Shown here in pieces: positions 8,740-18,091 of a stretch of 64,000 nucleotides of DNA (positions within the stretch are counted from its first letter, which is position 1; each line of letters starts with the position of its first letter). The notes below the pieces were generated by a model. The model had not been told where the DNA came from and made no database searches. It saw only the letters and a program-made list of their open reading frames with translations. Both the position numbers and the translations under genes were made by a program. The DNA is taken from assembly GCA_037481575.1 (NCBI GenBank), contig JBBFLJ010000014.1:24134-88133 (forward strand), given 5' to 3'. Origin of the DNA: Bryobacteraceae bacterium. Its GTDB lineage: Bacteria; Acidobacteriota; Terriglobia; Bryobacterales; Bryobacteraceae.

Positions 8740-9996
8740 TCAATGTGCCGCCGCCCCGCCGTTGTCCGCATAGCGCGGGCGGATCATCAGCACCAGCGTC
8801 ACCGACAGCGCCGTCACCGCGGCGAAGATCCCGAAGATCGCCAGCAGCGGCACGCCCCGGTCCCGCAGCAGCCCGAAGCTCCAGTCCGCCACGCCGCCGC
8901 AGCTGATGCTCACCAGGTTCATGATCCCGTATCCGGTAGCCCGCGCATGCGGCCGCGCAATCTGGCACAGGATCGGCATGTTGTTCGTGTCGAAGAATCC
9001 CCATCCCGCGCCAAACAGAATCAGAAACAGCACCGCCACCGCCAGCACGCCCGTCTGCGGCGAATAGCCCACGCCCATCATCGCCACCGCCATCAGCAGC
9101 ACACCGATGGCGCTCGTATAAATGCGCCCCCGCCGGTTCCTCCTCGTCCACCGGTCCGCCAGCCATCCGCCCGCAAGCGCCGCGCCGATCGCCGCCACCA
9201 TCCAGAACAGCGTCGCCGAAACGCCCGCCTTCCCCTGCCCGATCCCGAACTCCGCCTTCAGAATCGCAGGCATCCAGTCGCGCACGATCCAGCCCGCCAT
9301 CGCCGGCAGCGTGAAATAGAGCACCAGCAGCAGGAACGAGACGTTTCCCGCAAGCTCCCGCAGCGCGCTTCCCTGCCCTGCCCGTGGTTCCGCACCCGTC
9401 TGCGGCTCCGGCGCGTTGCGCACGAGCAGAAACAGCGGCAGCGCGTACAGCGCGCCGGCGAGTCCGCAGATCTCGAACATCCAGCGCCACCCCAGCGCCG
9501 GATGATCCGCCGCGTAGCCGCTGAACCCGCCCAGGATCACGCCCGCATAGATGCCCATCTGATGCATCCCCACGGCGCGCGAACGCGTGGGTCCAAGGTG
9601 GTAGTCTGCGATCAGCGCCAGCGCTGCGGGAATGTAGAACGCTTCGCTGATCCCCATCACGGCGCGCGTCAGCAGCAGCTGCTCGAACGTCGTCGCGTGC
9701 GCCGTCGCCCAAGTCACCGCGCTCCAGACAAACAGGCTCCCGGCGATCACATGGCGCCGGCTGAAGCGGTCCGCCAGCCAGCCGCCCAGCGGGCTCAGGA
9801 ACGCATACGTCCACTTGAAGAACGCCAGGATCTTGCCCCAGTTGGCTTCGCTGCCGATATCGGCGATGTCCTGCATCACCGAAAACTTCATCGACGCCAG
9901 CATCTGCCGGTCGAGATAATTCAGCAGCGCCACCGGCACCAGCAGCGCCACCACCAGCCACGCATATCCGGGACGGCGCGGGTCAATCCATTTCAT
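8740..9996 (-). CDS. MFS transporter
   Basis: 418 aa with about 12 predicted hydrophobic helices. N-terminal LNYLDRQMLS-type motif and GGWLADRFSRR (MFS loop 2-3 motif). Confidence 0.8.
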   Translation of the reverse strand: MKWIDPRRPGYAWLVVALLVPVALLNYLDRQMLASMKFSVMQDIADIGSEANWGKILAFFKWTYAFLSPLGGWLADRFSRRHVIAGSLFVWSAVTWATAHATTFEQLLLTRAVMGISEAFYIPAALALIADYHLGPTRSRAVGMHQMGIYAGVILGGFSGYAADHPALGWRWMFEICGLAGALYALPLFLLVRNAPEPQTGAEPRAGQGSALRELAGNVSFLLLVLYFTLPAMAGWIVRDWMPAILKAEFGIGQGKAGVSATLFWMVAAIGAALAGGWLADRWTRRNRRGRIYTSAIGVLLMAVAMMGVGYSPQTGVLAVAVLFLILFGAGWGFFDTNNMPILCQIARPHARATGYGIMNLVSISCGGVADWSFGLLRDRGVPLLAIFGIFAAVTALSVTLVLMIRPRYADNGGAAAH

Positions 9997-10073
9997 CGGG
10001 AATTCACCATGCTACAGGGGACCTTGTCCGCCCCGCAGGCACGCCCCTGCAAGCAAACCACCCGCACCCCGAG

Positions 10074-11927
10074 TCACTCTTCCGCAGGCAGCGCCCGCGC
10101 CGCGATCTCCGCCACGTCCGCCACCCGCGGCGCCCCGGCTCCGCCCGCCGCCGAAAGCGCGTCCTCGAGCATCGTCCTGCAGAACGGGCACGCCACCGCC
10201 ACCTGCTTCGCCCCCGTCGCCGCCAGCTCCTGCGCCCTCACGTGGCTGACGCGCGTGCCGCGCTCCTCGCCCAGAAACACCAGCCCGCCGCCCGCGCCGC
10301 AGCAGAAGCCGCGCTCCCCGCTCCGAGGCGCCTCCTTCAGCTCCCCTGCCAGCGCCGCCACCCGCCGCGGCGCCTCGTACACGCCGCGGTAACGTCCCAG
10401 ATAGCAGGGATCGTGAAAGACCGTCGACTCTCCTCCGGCGCGCCCCGCCGGAAGATGTGCGGCGAGCCACTCGGAGTGATGCGCCACCTCGAACTCCGCC
10501 CCGAATTCCCGCCAGTCCACATCGATCGTGCGCACGCAATGCGGGCAAACCGAGAGGATCTTCTTCACCCCGGCACTCTGCAACTGCGCGATGTTGAACT
10601 CCGCCAGCTGCTGAAACAGCAGGTCGTTGCCCAGCCGCCGCGCCGCATCGCCCGAGCACTTCTCCTTCCGCAGCACGCCGAACGTCACCCCCGACGCTCG
10701 CAGCACCCGCACCAGCGCCAGCACTGCTTCCCTGCCGCGCGGATCGTAGGTGCCCATGCAGCCCAGCCACAGGCACCACTCCTGCGAGCCGTCGAACCAC
10801 GGCAGCCCGTTCTTCTGGATGAACCGGTCCCGCTCGTACGCCGCCATGCCCAACGGATTGCCCTGCCGCTCCAGCCGCACAAACAGCTGCGCTCCGTACT
10901 CGTCCTCCCACGCGCCCGTGTTCACCGCCCCCCGCCGCAGCCCCAGAATCAGCGGCAGGTGCTCCACGCCCACCGGACACTGATACTCGCACGCCCCGCA
11001 AGTGGTGCACTGAAACGCCGCATCCAGGCTCAGATTCGGCCCCGCGAGCGGCGCGTCCGCCCCGCCCCCGTGCTCCCGCAAGAACGCGCGCAGCCCCAGC
11101 GCCATCTGCTTCGGGTTCAGCTCCTTGCCCGTGTTGTGCGCCGGACAGTGCTCCTGGCACCGCCCGCACTCCACGCAGGAAAATGCCTGCAGCGCCATCC
11201 GCCGCGTCACGTCGCGCCCGGTGACCAACCCGAAGTCGTCCTCGCCCTCGAGCGGCGGCACCTTCCCGAACGGCTCGCGCGCCAGAAACACCGCCGCCGG
11301 AGAAAGCATCAGGTGCAGGTGCTTCGTCTTCGGGATCAGCGGCAGAAACACCAGCAGCGCCAGCGTGTGCGCCCACCACAGGGCGCGCTCTTCCATGCTG
11401 CCAGCTTCGGGATGCCAGAGGAAGTCCGCCAAATAGGTCAGCATCAGAACCAGGATCAGCAGCGCGATCACCCCGGACTCCAGCGACACCTTCTCGCCCA
11501 GCCACTTCGGGCGCACCACGAACCGCCGCACCGCCAGCCCTGTGATCGCCGCCGACACCGCCACGGCAAACCCTGCCGCCACCCACCCATAGGCGCGCCC
11601 GAAGCCCCCCTCGTGCGGATCGAACAGCGACAGCCCCACGCCCGCCGCCAGATGGTCCAGCGTCACCAGCGCAAACGCGCAAAAGCCCCAGAACACCAGC
11701 GCATGCGCCAGCCCCGCCCACGGGCGGTGCCGGATCACCTTCTCCTGCAACACCACTTCCCGCACAAACCGCCGCACCCGCCGCCCCAGCGGCTGCAGGC
11801 GGAAATCCGCATCCGGCTTCGAGCGCAGGACCGCCTGCACCACCGGGCGCAACCGGCGCCAGAAAACCGCCGCGGAAATCAGGCAGGCAAGGACGAAAAG
11901 CGTTGTCTGCAGAGGCATGGCCGCCAT
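10074..11927 (-). CDS. Membrane-anchored Fe-S oxidoreductase (N-terminal polytopic domain fused to an HdrD/DsrK/GlpC-like 2x[4Fe-4S] plus two CCG domains)
   Basis: 617 aa with about 5 N-terminal hydrophobic helices. Ferredoxin motifs CVECGRCQEHCP and CTTCGACEYQCP. Cysteine-rich CCG-type motifs CPHCVRT, DPCYLGR and GFCCGAGGG. Confidence 0.75.
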   Translation of the reverse strand: MAAMPLQTTLFVLACLISAAVFWRRLRPVVQAVLRSKPDADFRLQPLGRRVRRFVREVVLQEKVIRHRPWAGLAHALVFWGFCAFALVTLDHLAAGVGLSLFDPHEGGFGRAYGWVAAGFAVAVSAAITGLAVRRFVVRPKWLGEKVSLESGVIALLILVLMLTYLADFLWHPEAGSMEERALWWAHTLALLVFLPLIPKTKHLHLMLSPAAVFLAREPFGKVPPLEGEDDFGLVTGRDVTRRMALQAFSCVECGRCQEHCPAHNTGKELNPKQMALGLRAFLREHGGGADAPLAGPNLSLDAAFQCTTCGACEYQCPVGVEHLPLILGLRRGAVNTGAWEDEYGAQLFVRLERQGNPLGMAAYERDRFIQKNGLPWFDGSQEWCLWLGCMGTYDPRGREAVLALVRVLRASGVTFGVLRKEKCSGDAARRLGNDLLFQQLAEFNIAQLQSAGVKKILSVCPHCVRTIDVDWREFGAEFEVAHHSEWLAAHLPAGRAGGESTVFHDPCYLGRYRGVYEAPRRVAALAGELKEAPRSGERGFCCGAGGGLVFLGEERGTRVSHVRAQELAATGAKQVAVACPFCRTMLEDALSAAGGAGAPRVADVAEIAARALPAEE

Positions 11928-11991
11928 GGAAGCCGCTGTTTTGACACTCTAGCCGATCCGCCCCCTACAATGAAAATTTCGGAGGACCCCA

Positions 11992-12930
11992 TTGCGCATC
12001 CTCGTCGCCGGCGCGGCCGGCTTCATCGGCTCCCATCTCTGCGACCGGCTGCTCGGCGAAGGCTGCGAGGTCCTCGGCGTCGACAACTGCCTCACCGGCT
12101 CGCCGGACAACCTCGCCCACCTCGACGCCCACCCGCGCTTCCGGTTCCTCCGCCACGACATCACCGAGCCTCTCTCCGTGGATGGCCCGCTCGACCTGAT
12201 CTTCAACCTCGCCTCGCCCGCCAGCCCGAAGGACTACCTCGCGCACCCCATCGAAACCCTCCGCACCGGCGCCGAAGGCAGCCGCCACCTCCTGGATCTG
12301 GCCGCCTCCAAAGGCGCGCGCTACCTGCTCGCCTCCACCTCGGAATGCTACGGCGACCCCCAGGAGCACCCGCAAAAAGAGACCTACTGGGGGCACGTGA
12401 ACCCCGTTGGCCCCCGCTCCTGCTACGACGAGGCGAAGCGCTTCGCCGAAGCCATCACCATGGCCTATCACCGCCAGCACGGCCTTGCCACCCGCATCGC
12501 CCGGATCTTCAACACCTACGGGCCGCGCATGCAGCACGACGATGGACGGATCGTCCCGAACTTCATCCGCCAGGCGCTGCGCGGCGAGCCGATCACCGTC
12601 TACGGCGACGGCTCGCAAACCCGCTCGTTCTGCTACATCGATGATTTGGTCGAAGGACTCGTCCTCCTCAGCCGCAGCAGTGAACCCCTGCCCGTCAACC
12701 TTGGCAACCCGGAGGAGAGGACCGTCCTCGACTTCGCTTTCCTCATCCGCCGGCTCGCGGGCAGCCGGTCCGAAATCCGCTTCGAGCCCCTCCCCGAAGA
12801 CGATCCGCAGCGCCGCCGCCCCGATATCACGAAGGCGCGCCTCCTGCTCGGTTGGGAACCCCGCGTGCCCCTCGAGGAAGGCTTGCGCCGCACCATCGCA
12901 TGGTTCGCCCCCAGGCTCTCCGGCGCGTGA
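11992..12930 (+). CDS. UDP-glucuronate decarboxylase (UDP-xylose synthase), extended SDR
   Basis: 312 aa. TTG start 5 nt after GGAGGA (11981-11986). Motifs [43 protein letters not shown] and [12 protein letters not shown] are characteristic of UXS. Confidence 0.9.
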   Translation: MRILVAGAAGFIGSHLCDRLLGEGCEVLGVDNCLTGSPDNLAHLDAHPRFRFLRHDITEPLSVDGPLDLIFNLASPASPKDYLAHPIETLRTGAEGSRHLLDLAASKGARYLLASTSECYGDPQEHPQKETYWGHVNPVGPRSCYDEAKRFAEAITMAYHRQHGLATRIARIFNTYGPRMQHDDGRIVPNFIRQALRGEPITVYGDGSQTRSFCYIDDLVEGLVLLSRSSEPLPVNLGNPEERTVLDFAFLIRRLAGSRSEIRFEPLPEDDPQRRRPDITKARLLLGWEPRVPLEEGLRRTIAWFAPRLSGA

Positions 12931-12955
12931 TCCGCCCCGGCACGCTCGAAAAGAA

Positions 12956-12979
12956 AAGCGGACCCTCGCGGGTCCGCTT
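12956..12979 (-). terminator. Rho-independent terminator for the minus-strand PilZ gene (may also stop the convergent UXS transcript)
   Basis: Stem AAGCGGACCC (12956-12965), loop TCGC, stem GGGTCCGCTT (12970-12979). On the minus strand the hairpin is followed by TTTTCTTTTC (complement of 12946-12955). Sits between convergent genes. Confidence 0.75.
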
Positions 12980-13013
12980 CACGGGGACAAGGAGAAAGGG
13001 AGAAAACCGTCCG

Positions 13014-13379
13014 TCAGAGAGCCAGCCCGTGCTTGCCCATGGTGCGGAATTCGTACTGCTGAATGGCCACCGCAGCCCGGTTGCCCGACGAGCGCACCAC
13101 CTTGCCGCGCGCAATCAGCTTCAGGCTGCACCGGTTGTCCAGCTGCGCCGGCCAGCTGATCGCCATCTCGATCCGCTTGCCCGGCACCAGTTCGCGGTCG
13201 CACTGGAACAGCACGCCGCCGCTGCTCATGTCGATCGTCCTGCCCGAGCCCAGCTCTTGTCCCAGGCGTTTCCCGCTCAACCGGTAAACCAGCTCGCACT
13301 GCAACGGGAACCGGTCCGTGCGCCGGCGGTCTGAGCGGACAGGCTCGGCTTCCGGGGTATCCATGGGGAATCGCGTCAT
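13014..13379 (-). CDS. PilZ domain protein (putative c-di-GMP receptor)
   Basis: PilZ signature RRRTDR...(about 30 aa)...DMSSGG. Start chosen at the ATG at 13379 (MTRFPMD), preceded by GGAGGTGGAGA. The ORF-track start at 13430 is also possible. Confidence 0.75.
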   Translation of the reverse strand: MTRFPMDTPEAEPVRSDRRRTDRFPLQCELVYRLSGKRLGQELGSGRTIDMSSGGVLFQCDRELVPGKRIEMAISWPAQLDNRCSLKLIARGKVVRSSGNRAAVAIQQYEFRTMGKHGLAL

Positions 13380-13467
13380 GGCTCTTGATCTCTCCACCTC
13401 CAGCTTGCCCTTGCGTCCGTGACAAGACAATAGCGCGGAAGTTCCGAAATGGCGTAGTACCTTGGTA

Positions 13468-15108
13468 CTAAGATTCGCGGCCCCTCGCCGCCCGCTCCGC
13501 CATCGCCGCCGCCATCCCTTCGGCCGTGTACGGGTTGGCCTCCGCGTCCACCTCCAGCCCCGCCTCGCGCACGGCAGCCGACGTCACCGGACCGATCGTG
13601 GCGATCCGCACCCCCGCGAGCAACTCCCGCGGCACCGCGCGCAGCAGGTGGCGCACCGTCGAGGCGCTCGTCAGCGTCACCCAGTGCGGCTTCGCCGCCG
13701 CAAACAATTCCCGCGCTTTCTGTTCCAGCCCCTCCGGCGCCACCGTCCGGTACACCGGCAGCACGTCCACCCGCGCGCCCAGCCGCTCCAGCTCTGATGG
13801 GATCACGTCCCGCGCCTCCTCCGCGCGCGCCAGCAGCACCCGCGCCCCTTCCACTCCCGCCCCGCGCAGCGCCTCCACGACGCCCTCCCCCATGTGTTCC
13901 TCTGGCACCAAGTCCGGCGCCAGCCCGCGCGCCCGCAACGCCGCCGCCGTCGCCGGCCCGATAGCGCAGATCCGCGGGCCGCGCCGCGGCTCGACCCGCG
14001 CAAAGAAAAACTCCACCCCGTTGGCCGACGTGAAAATCGCCCAATCGTAAGAATCCCAGTCTGGCGGATCGAACTCGAGCGCCCGGAACTCGAGCAGCGG
14101 CATCTCCACCACGTCCGCCCCCAGCGCCCGCAGCCGGGCGATCAGCTTTCCGGATTGCCCCCGCGGCCGCGTCACCACCACCACCTGCCCCAGCAACGGC
14201 AGCGCGTGCGGGTTCACCCGCGCCACCACGCCGCGCGCCCCCGCCGCCAGCAGCGCTTCCGCCGCGCGCCGCCCCAGCTCCACAGGCTGCCCGGCAGGGC
14301 CCGTCTCCACGCACTCGAACACGGCGCTGCCCTCCGGATCGGCCACCACCGCCCGCAGCCGCAGCTGCCCGCCCTCCAACTCCGCATAGGCGCCCAGCGG
14401 CACCTGACAGCCGCCCCCGAGCGACTCGAGCAGCGCGCGCTCGGCCTCCACCGCCGCCCGCACGGCAGGGTTGTCCAGCCGCGAGCAGATCTCGAACGCC
14501 GGATCCGGCGCCGCCCGCGTCTCGATCCCCAGCGCCCCCTGCCCCACCGCCGGACACATCCGCTCCGGCTCCAGCAGCTCGGCGATCCGCCCGCCCCAGC
14601 CCAGCCGCCTCAGCCCGGCGGAAGCCAGCACAATCGCGTCATACCGCCCTTCGTCGAGCTTCCGCAGACGCGTGTCGAGATTTCCCCGGATGTCCTCGAT
14701 CCGCACATCCGGCCGCAGCCGCCGCAGCTGCGCCGCCCGCCGCAGGCTCGACGTGCCCACGCGCGCCCCGCTCGGCAGCTCGTCCAGCCGCCGCCCCACC
14801 ATCGCGTCGAACGGCGACTCCCGCTCAGGCACAGCCGCCAGCACAAGCCCTGCCGGCAGCTCCGTCGGCAGGTCTTTCAGCGAATGCACCGCCAGATCGA
14901 TCCGCCCCTCAAGCAGCGCCTCCTCGATCTCTTTCGTGAACAGCCCCTTTGAACCTGCCCGCGCCAGCGGCACGTCCGTAATCCGGTCCCCCGTCGTGCG
15001 GATGATCTCGATCTCCGTCTCCACGCCCAGCCCGGCCAACAGCTCCGCCACCCGCCGCGCCTGCCACAGCGCCAGCTGCGAGCCGCGGCTCCCGATGCGC
15101 AGCTTCAT
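13468..15108 (-). CDS. hemC: Fused hydroxymethylbilane synthase / uroporphyrinogen-III synthase (HemC-HemD)
   Basis: ATG at 15108 (MKLRIGSRGSQLALWQA) overlaps the hemA stop as ATGA. The first ~300 aa are HemC-like (SLKDLPT, GGCQVPLGAYA). They continue without a stop into a ~245-aa HemD-like half (VVVTRPRGQ, AIFTSANGV, TIGPVTS). Confidence 0.85.
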   Translation of the reverse strand: MKLRIGSRGSQLALWQARRVAELLAGLGVETEIEIIRTTGDRITDVPLARAGSKGLFTKEIEEALLEGRIDLAVHSLKDLPTELPAGLVLAAVPERESPFDAMVGRRLDELPSGARVGTSSLRRAAQLRRLRPDVRIEDIRGNLDTRLRKLDEGRYDAIVLASAGLRRLGWGGRIAELLEPERMCPAVGQGALGIETRAAPDPAFEICSRLDNPAVRAAVEAERALLESLGGGCQVPLGAYAELEGGQLRLRAVVADPEGSAVFECVETGPAGQPVELGRRAAEALLAAGARGVVARVNPHALPLLGQVVVVTRPRGQSGKLIARLRALGADVVEMPLLEFRALEFDPPDWDSYDWAIFTSANGVEFFFARVEPRRGPRICAIGPATAAALRARGLAPDLVPEEHMGEGVVEALRGAGVEGARVLLARAEEARDVIPSELERLGARVDVLPVYRTVAPEGLEQKARELFAAAKPHWVTLTSASTVRHLLRAVPRELLAGVRIATIGPVTSAAVREAGLEVDAEANPYTAEGMAAAMAERAARGRES

Positions 15109-16376
15109 CGCTCCTCCAGCCGGAAGATCCTCCGGATCACGCCCAGAATCCGGTCGCCCTCCGGCCCCGCCGCCGCGCGCCGGATCTCCACCATCGCCCC
15201 GTGCGCCACCTTGTTCAGCAGCGAGCGCGTGTACGCCTCCAGCGCCTCCCCGCCGTTGCCCGCCGCGCCCAGCCGCCCCCGCCACCGCTCCAGCTCCTCG
15301 CGCCCCAGCTCCTCCAGCCGCTGCTGCAGGCTCACGATCACCGGCGCCACCTCGCGGGTGCGGAACCGCTCCAGCAGCCGCCGCACCTCTTCCTCGACGA
15401 TCTGCTCGGCCTCTTCCGCCTCCCGCTGCCGCGCCCTGCGGTTGGCCTCCACCTCGCGCCCCAGGTCGTCGATGTCGTACAGATAGGCGTTCTCCAGCTC
15501 GTCCACCGCCGGGTCGATGTTGCGCGGCACGGCGATGTCGATCAGAAACACCGGACGGTTCTGCCGGCGCCGCAGCACCGCCTTCATCTCGTCCTTCGTG
15601 ATCAGATACCCGGTGGCGCCCGAACTCGCCAGCACGATGTCCATCTCGTGCATCCGCTCGCGGAACCCGCCGTAGTCGATCACCTCGCCCTCCACGAGCG
15701 CCGCCATCTGTTCGGCGCGCGCCCGCGTCCGGTTGGTCACCGAGATCCGCCCGCAGCCGGCGCGCTTCAGATGCCGCGCCGCCAGCTCCGCCATCTTGCC
15801 CGCGCCGATGAGCAGCGCGTGCTTCGAGCGCAGGTCGCCGAAGATCTGCTTCGCCAGATCGATCGCCGCATAGCTGACGCTCACCGCGCTGCGGCCGATC
15901 GCCGTCTCGTTGCGCACCCGCTTGGCCACCGCAAACGCGCGCGCCAGCACCGCCTCCAGCCCCGCCTGCACGGCGCCCAGCTCGCGCGCCGCCGCATGCG
16001 CCTCCTTCAGCTGCCCCAGGATCTGCGGCTCGCCCAGCACCATCGAGTCCAGGCTCGACGCCACCCGGAACAGGTGCCGCACCGCCGCCTCGCCCGCGTG
16101 CGTGTAAAAGTGCGGCGCCACGGCAGCAGCCTCGATGCCGCGCAGCCGCGCCAGCGTTTCGATCAGCGGCTGCGCCTCGGGCGCGCCCGCCTCCCCGCCG
16201 TGCGCCAGCACCTCCACCCGGTTGCAGGTCGACAGCAGCATCACCTCCTCGACGCCCGGACACGCGCGCAGCGCGCCGAGCGCTTCCGGCAGCTCCGCCG
16301 CGGCAAAAGCCAGCCGTTCGCGCACCTCCACCGGCGCTGTCTTGTGGTTCAGTCCGGTGAGCAGGATCGGGATCAT
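15105..16376 (-). CDS. hemA: Glutamyl-tRNA reductase
   Basis: 423 aa. GLNHKTAPVEVRE, LSTCNRVE (catalytic Cys), and the NADPH site LLIGAGKMAEL. Confidence 0.93.
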   Translation of the reverse strand: MIPILLTGLNHKTAPVEVRERLAFAAAELPEALGALRACPGVEEVMLLSTCNRVEVLAHGGEAGAPEAQPLIETLARLRGIEAAAVAPHFYTHAGEAAVRHLFRVASSLDSMVLGEPQILGQLKEAHAAARELGAVQAGLEAVLARAFAVAKRVRNETAIGRSAVSVSYAAIDLAKQIFGDLRSKHALLIGAGKMAELAARHLKRAGCGRISVTNRTRARAEQMAALVEGEVIDYGGFRERMHEMDIVLASSGATGYLITKDEMKAVLRRRQNRPVFLIDIAVPRNIDPAVDELENAYLYDIDDLGREVEANRRARQREAEEAEQIVEEEVRRLLERFRTREVAPVIVSLQQRLEELGREELERWRGRLGAAGNGGEALEAYTRSLLNKVAHGAMVEIRRAAAGPEGDRILGVIRRIFRLEER

Positions 16377-16386
16377 CGCCTCGCCA

Positions 16387-17223
16387 TCAGTGCTCGAGCA
16401 GCGGGCGCAGTCCGATGTGGGCCGCCCACGTCAGCGCCGCAAACACCAGCACCGCCAGCGACAGCAGCGCCGCCCTCCGCCCGCGCCAGCCCGCCCACGT
16501 GCGCAGCACCACCATCAGCAGATAAAAGGTCCACGTGGCCAGCGAAATGAGAATCGCCGGCTTGCCGATCCAGCGCGCGCCGAACTCGGCCGACGCCCAC
16601 ACGCTCGCCACTCCCACAGCCAGCGTCAGCGCCACAAAGCCGATGTTCATCGCCGCCGTGATCAGCCCGTCCAGCGTCTCGAGCGGCGGCAGCCGCTCCG
16701 GCGTCAGGCGCGACAACCACCCCGCGTTCTCGTGCCGCCGCTTCAGCCGCCGCTCCTGCAGCAGATAGAAGATGGCGCCGGTGGCCGAGACCAGCAGCCC
16801 GCTGATGCCCGCCAGCACCAGGAAGATATGCGCCGCCAGCAGCGCGCCCCGCAGGTTCTGCTGCTCCCACGCCGGCGTCGAGGCGCCCGCAGCTGCGATC
16901 CACACCAGCACCGTCACCAGCGGAAAGAAGAACACGCACAAGCCGTCGAAGTGATACCGCCAGTCGATGAACAGATACGTGAGCGCCAGCAACAGCGCGC
17001 ACAGCGACGCGGTTTCGAAGAAGTTGTTCGCCGCCAGCTGCCCCAGCGCGATGCTGCGCTCGGCGATCGAGACGAAATGCAGCACCGCCGCTGTCTGGAA
17101 TGCTGCTGCGGAGACGCCCATCTCGCGCGGACGGCGGCGCACGAGCACCAGCACGGGATGAACGAAAGCCGCCGCATAGAGCAGTGCGGCGGCGCGCAGC
17201 CAGAGCAGGCTCAGATCGGGCAT
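16387..17223 (-). CDS. Cytochrome c assembly family protein (CcsA/HemX-like) upstream of hemA
   Basis: Polytopic membrane protein with a Trp-rich segment WASAEFGARWIGKP. It sits 10 nt upstream of hemA, as in hemAX-type operons. Start taken at the ATG at 17223 (MPDLSLLWL), because the longer ORF start at 17331 would overlap the divergent SDR gene. Confidence 0.65.
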   Translation of the reverse strand: MPDLSLLWLRAAALLYAAAFVHPVLVLVRRRPREMGVSAAAFQTAAVLHFVSIAERSIALGQLAANNFFETASLCALLLALTYLFIDWRYHFDGLCVFFFPLVTVLVWIAAAGASTPAWEQQNLRGALLAAHIFLVLAGISGLLVSATGAIFYLLQERRLKRRHENAGWLSRLTPERLPPLETLDGLITAAMNIGFVALTLAVGVASVWASAEFGARWIGKPAILISLATWTFYLLMVVLRTWAGWRGRRAALLSLAVLVFAALTWAAHIGLRPLLEH

Positions 17224-17325
17224 GGGCAGCGAGAACCAGGACAGGCCGCCACGAACGCGGCCTGCTTCGAGTATAGCGTCCGGCCGCCGGGCGCCGCCGC
17301 GCGCGGCCAGTGGCAAGATGTCACT

Positions 17326-18051
17326 ATGCAACCTGATCTCAGAGGAAAAACTGCGCTCGTGACCGGCGGCACGCGCGGCATCGGCCGCGCCATCGTTGAA
17401 ATGCTGCTCGAGGCCGGCGCCTCCACGGCCTTCTGCGCCCGCAGCCAGGCCGATGTCGAACAGGCCGAATTCCAGCTGCGCCAGCGATTCTCGTCACAAA
17501 CCCTAAAAATCCGCGGCCGCGCCGCCGATGTTCGGAGTGAGGAATCCGTTCGAGAGTTGTTCGAATGGATGGACCTCGAAATGGGAGGGCCGGACATCCT
17601 GGTGAACAACGCCGGCGTGGGCGTGTTCAAGGATGTGGCCGCGCTCGGTCCCGAGGAGTGGAACCTGGTGATCGAGACGAACCTGGGAGGCGTCTACCAC
17701 TGCTCGCACCACGCCATCCCGCGGATGCGGCAGCGCGGCGGAGGCTGGATCGTCAACATCGGCAGCCTGGCCGGCCGCAACGCCTTTGCGGGCGGGGCAG
17801 CCTACAACGCCTCCAAGTTCGGACTCGTCGGCATGAGCGAAGCCATGATGCTGGACCACCGCCACGAAGGCATCCGCGTCGCCTGCATCCTGCCCGGCAG
17901 CGTCAACACGAGCTTCGGGCACAGCGGCGCCGCGGACTGGAAAATGGCCCCGGAAGACGTGGCCCAGGCCGTGGCGGCCGTGCTCGCCATGCCGGATCGA
18001 ACTTTAGTGAGCCTGGTGGAAATGCGCCCGTCGCGGCCCCCGAAAAAGTAG
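17326..18051 (+). CDS. SDR-family oxidoreductase
   Basis: In-frame ATG at 17326 (MQPDLRGKTALVTGGTRGIGRAI). Motifs TGxxxGIG, NNAG and YNASK. The upstream 397 codons of ORF 16135..18051 are Arg/Pro-rich shadow sequence. Confidence 0.85.
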   Translation: MQPDLRGKTALVTGGTRGIGRAIVEMLLEAGASTAFCARSQADVEQAEFQLRQRFSSQTLKIRGRAADVRSEESVRELFEWMDLEMGGPDILVNNAGVGVFKDVAALGPEEWNLVIETNLGGVYHCSHHAIPRMRQRGGGWIVNIGSLAGRNAFAGGAAYNASKFGLVGMSEAMMLDHRHEGIRVACILPGSVNTSFGHSGAADWKMAPEDVAQAVAAVLAMPDRTLVSLVEMRPSRPPKK

Positions 18052-18091
18052 AAGCGCGGGCGCGGGAAAGGAAACGGACTTGGGCGATGCA

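Noticed and set aside
13456-13469. 14-nt palindrome AGTACCTTGGTACT overlapping the hemCD stop codon, upstream of the PilZ gene
   Set aside because: It is a single short dyad with a 2-nt centre, so it cannot form a hairpin. There is no second copy in the window and no adjacent regulator. It could be chance and is not strong enough to call an operator.
15109-16263. N-terminal 385-aa extension of the 931-aa ORF 13468..16263
   Set aside because: It lies out of frame across hemA and is Gly/Arg/Ala-rich. The HemC-like sequence begins exactly at the ATG at 15108, which forms an ATGA junction with the hemA stop.
16135-17325. Upstream 397 codons of ORF 16135..18051
   Set aside because: The sequence is Arg/Pro/Gln-rich and overlaps hemA and the ccsA-like gene on the opposite strand. 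The SDR domain starts at the ATG at 17326, with the canonical TGxxxGIG motif 10 residues in.
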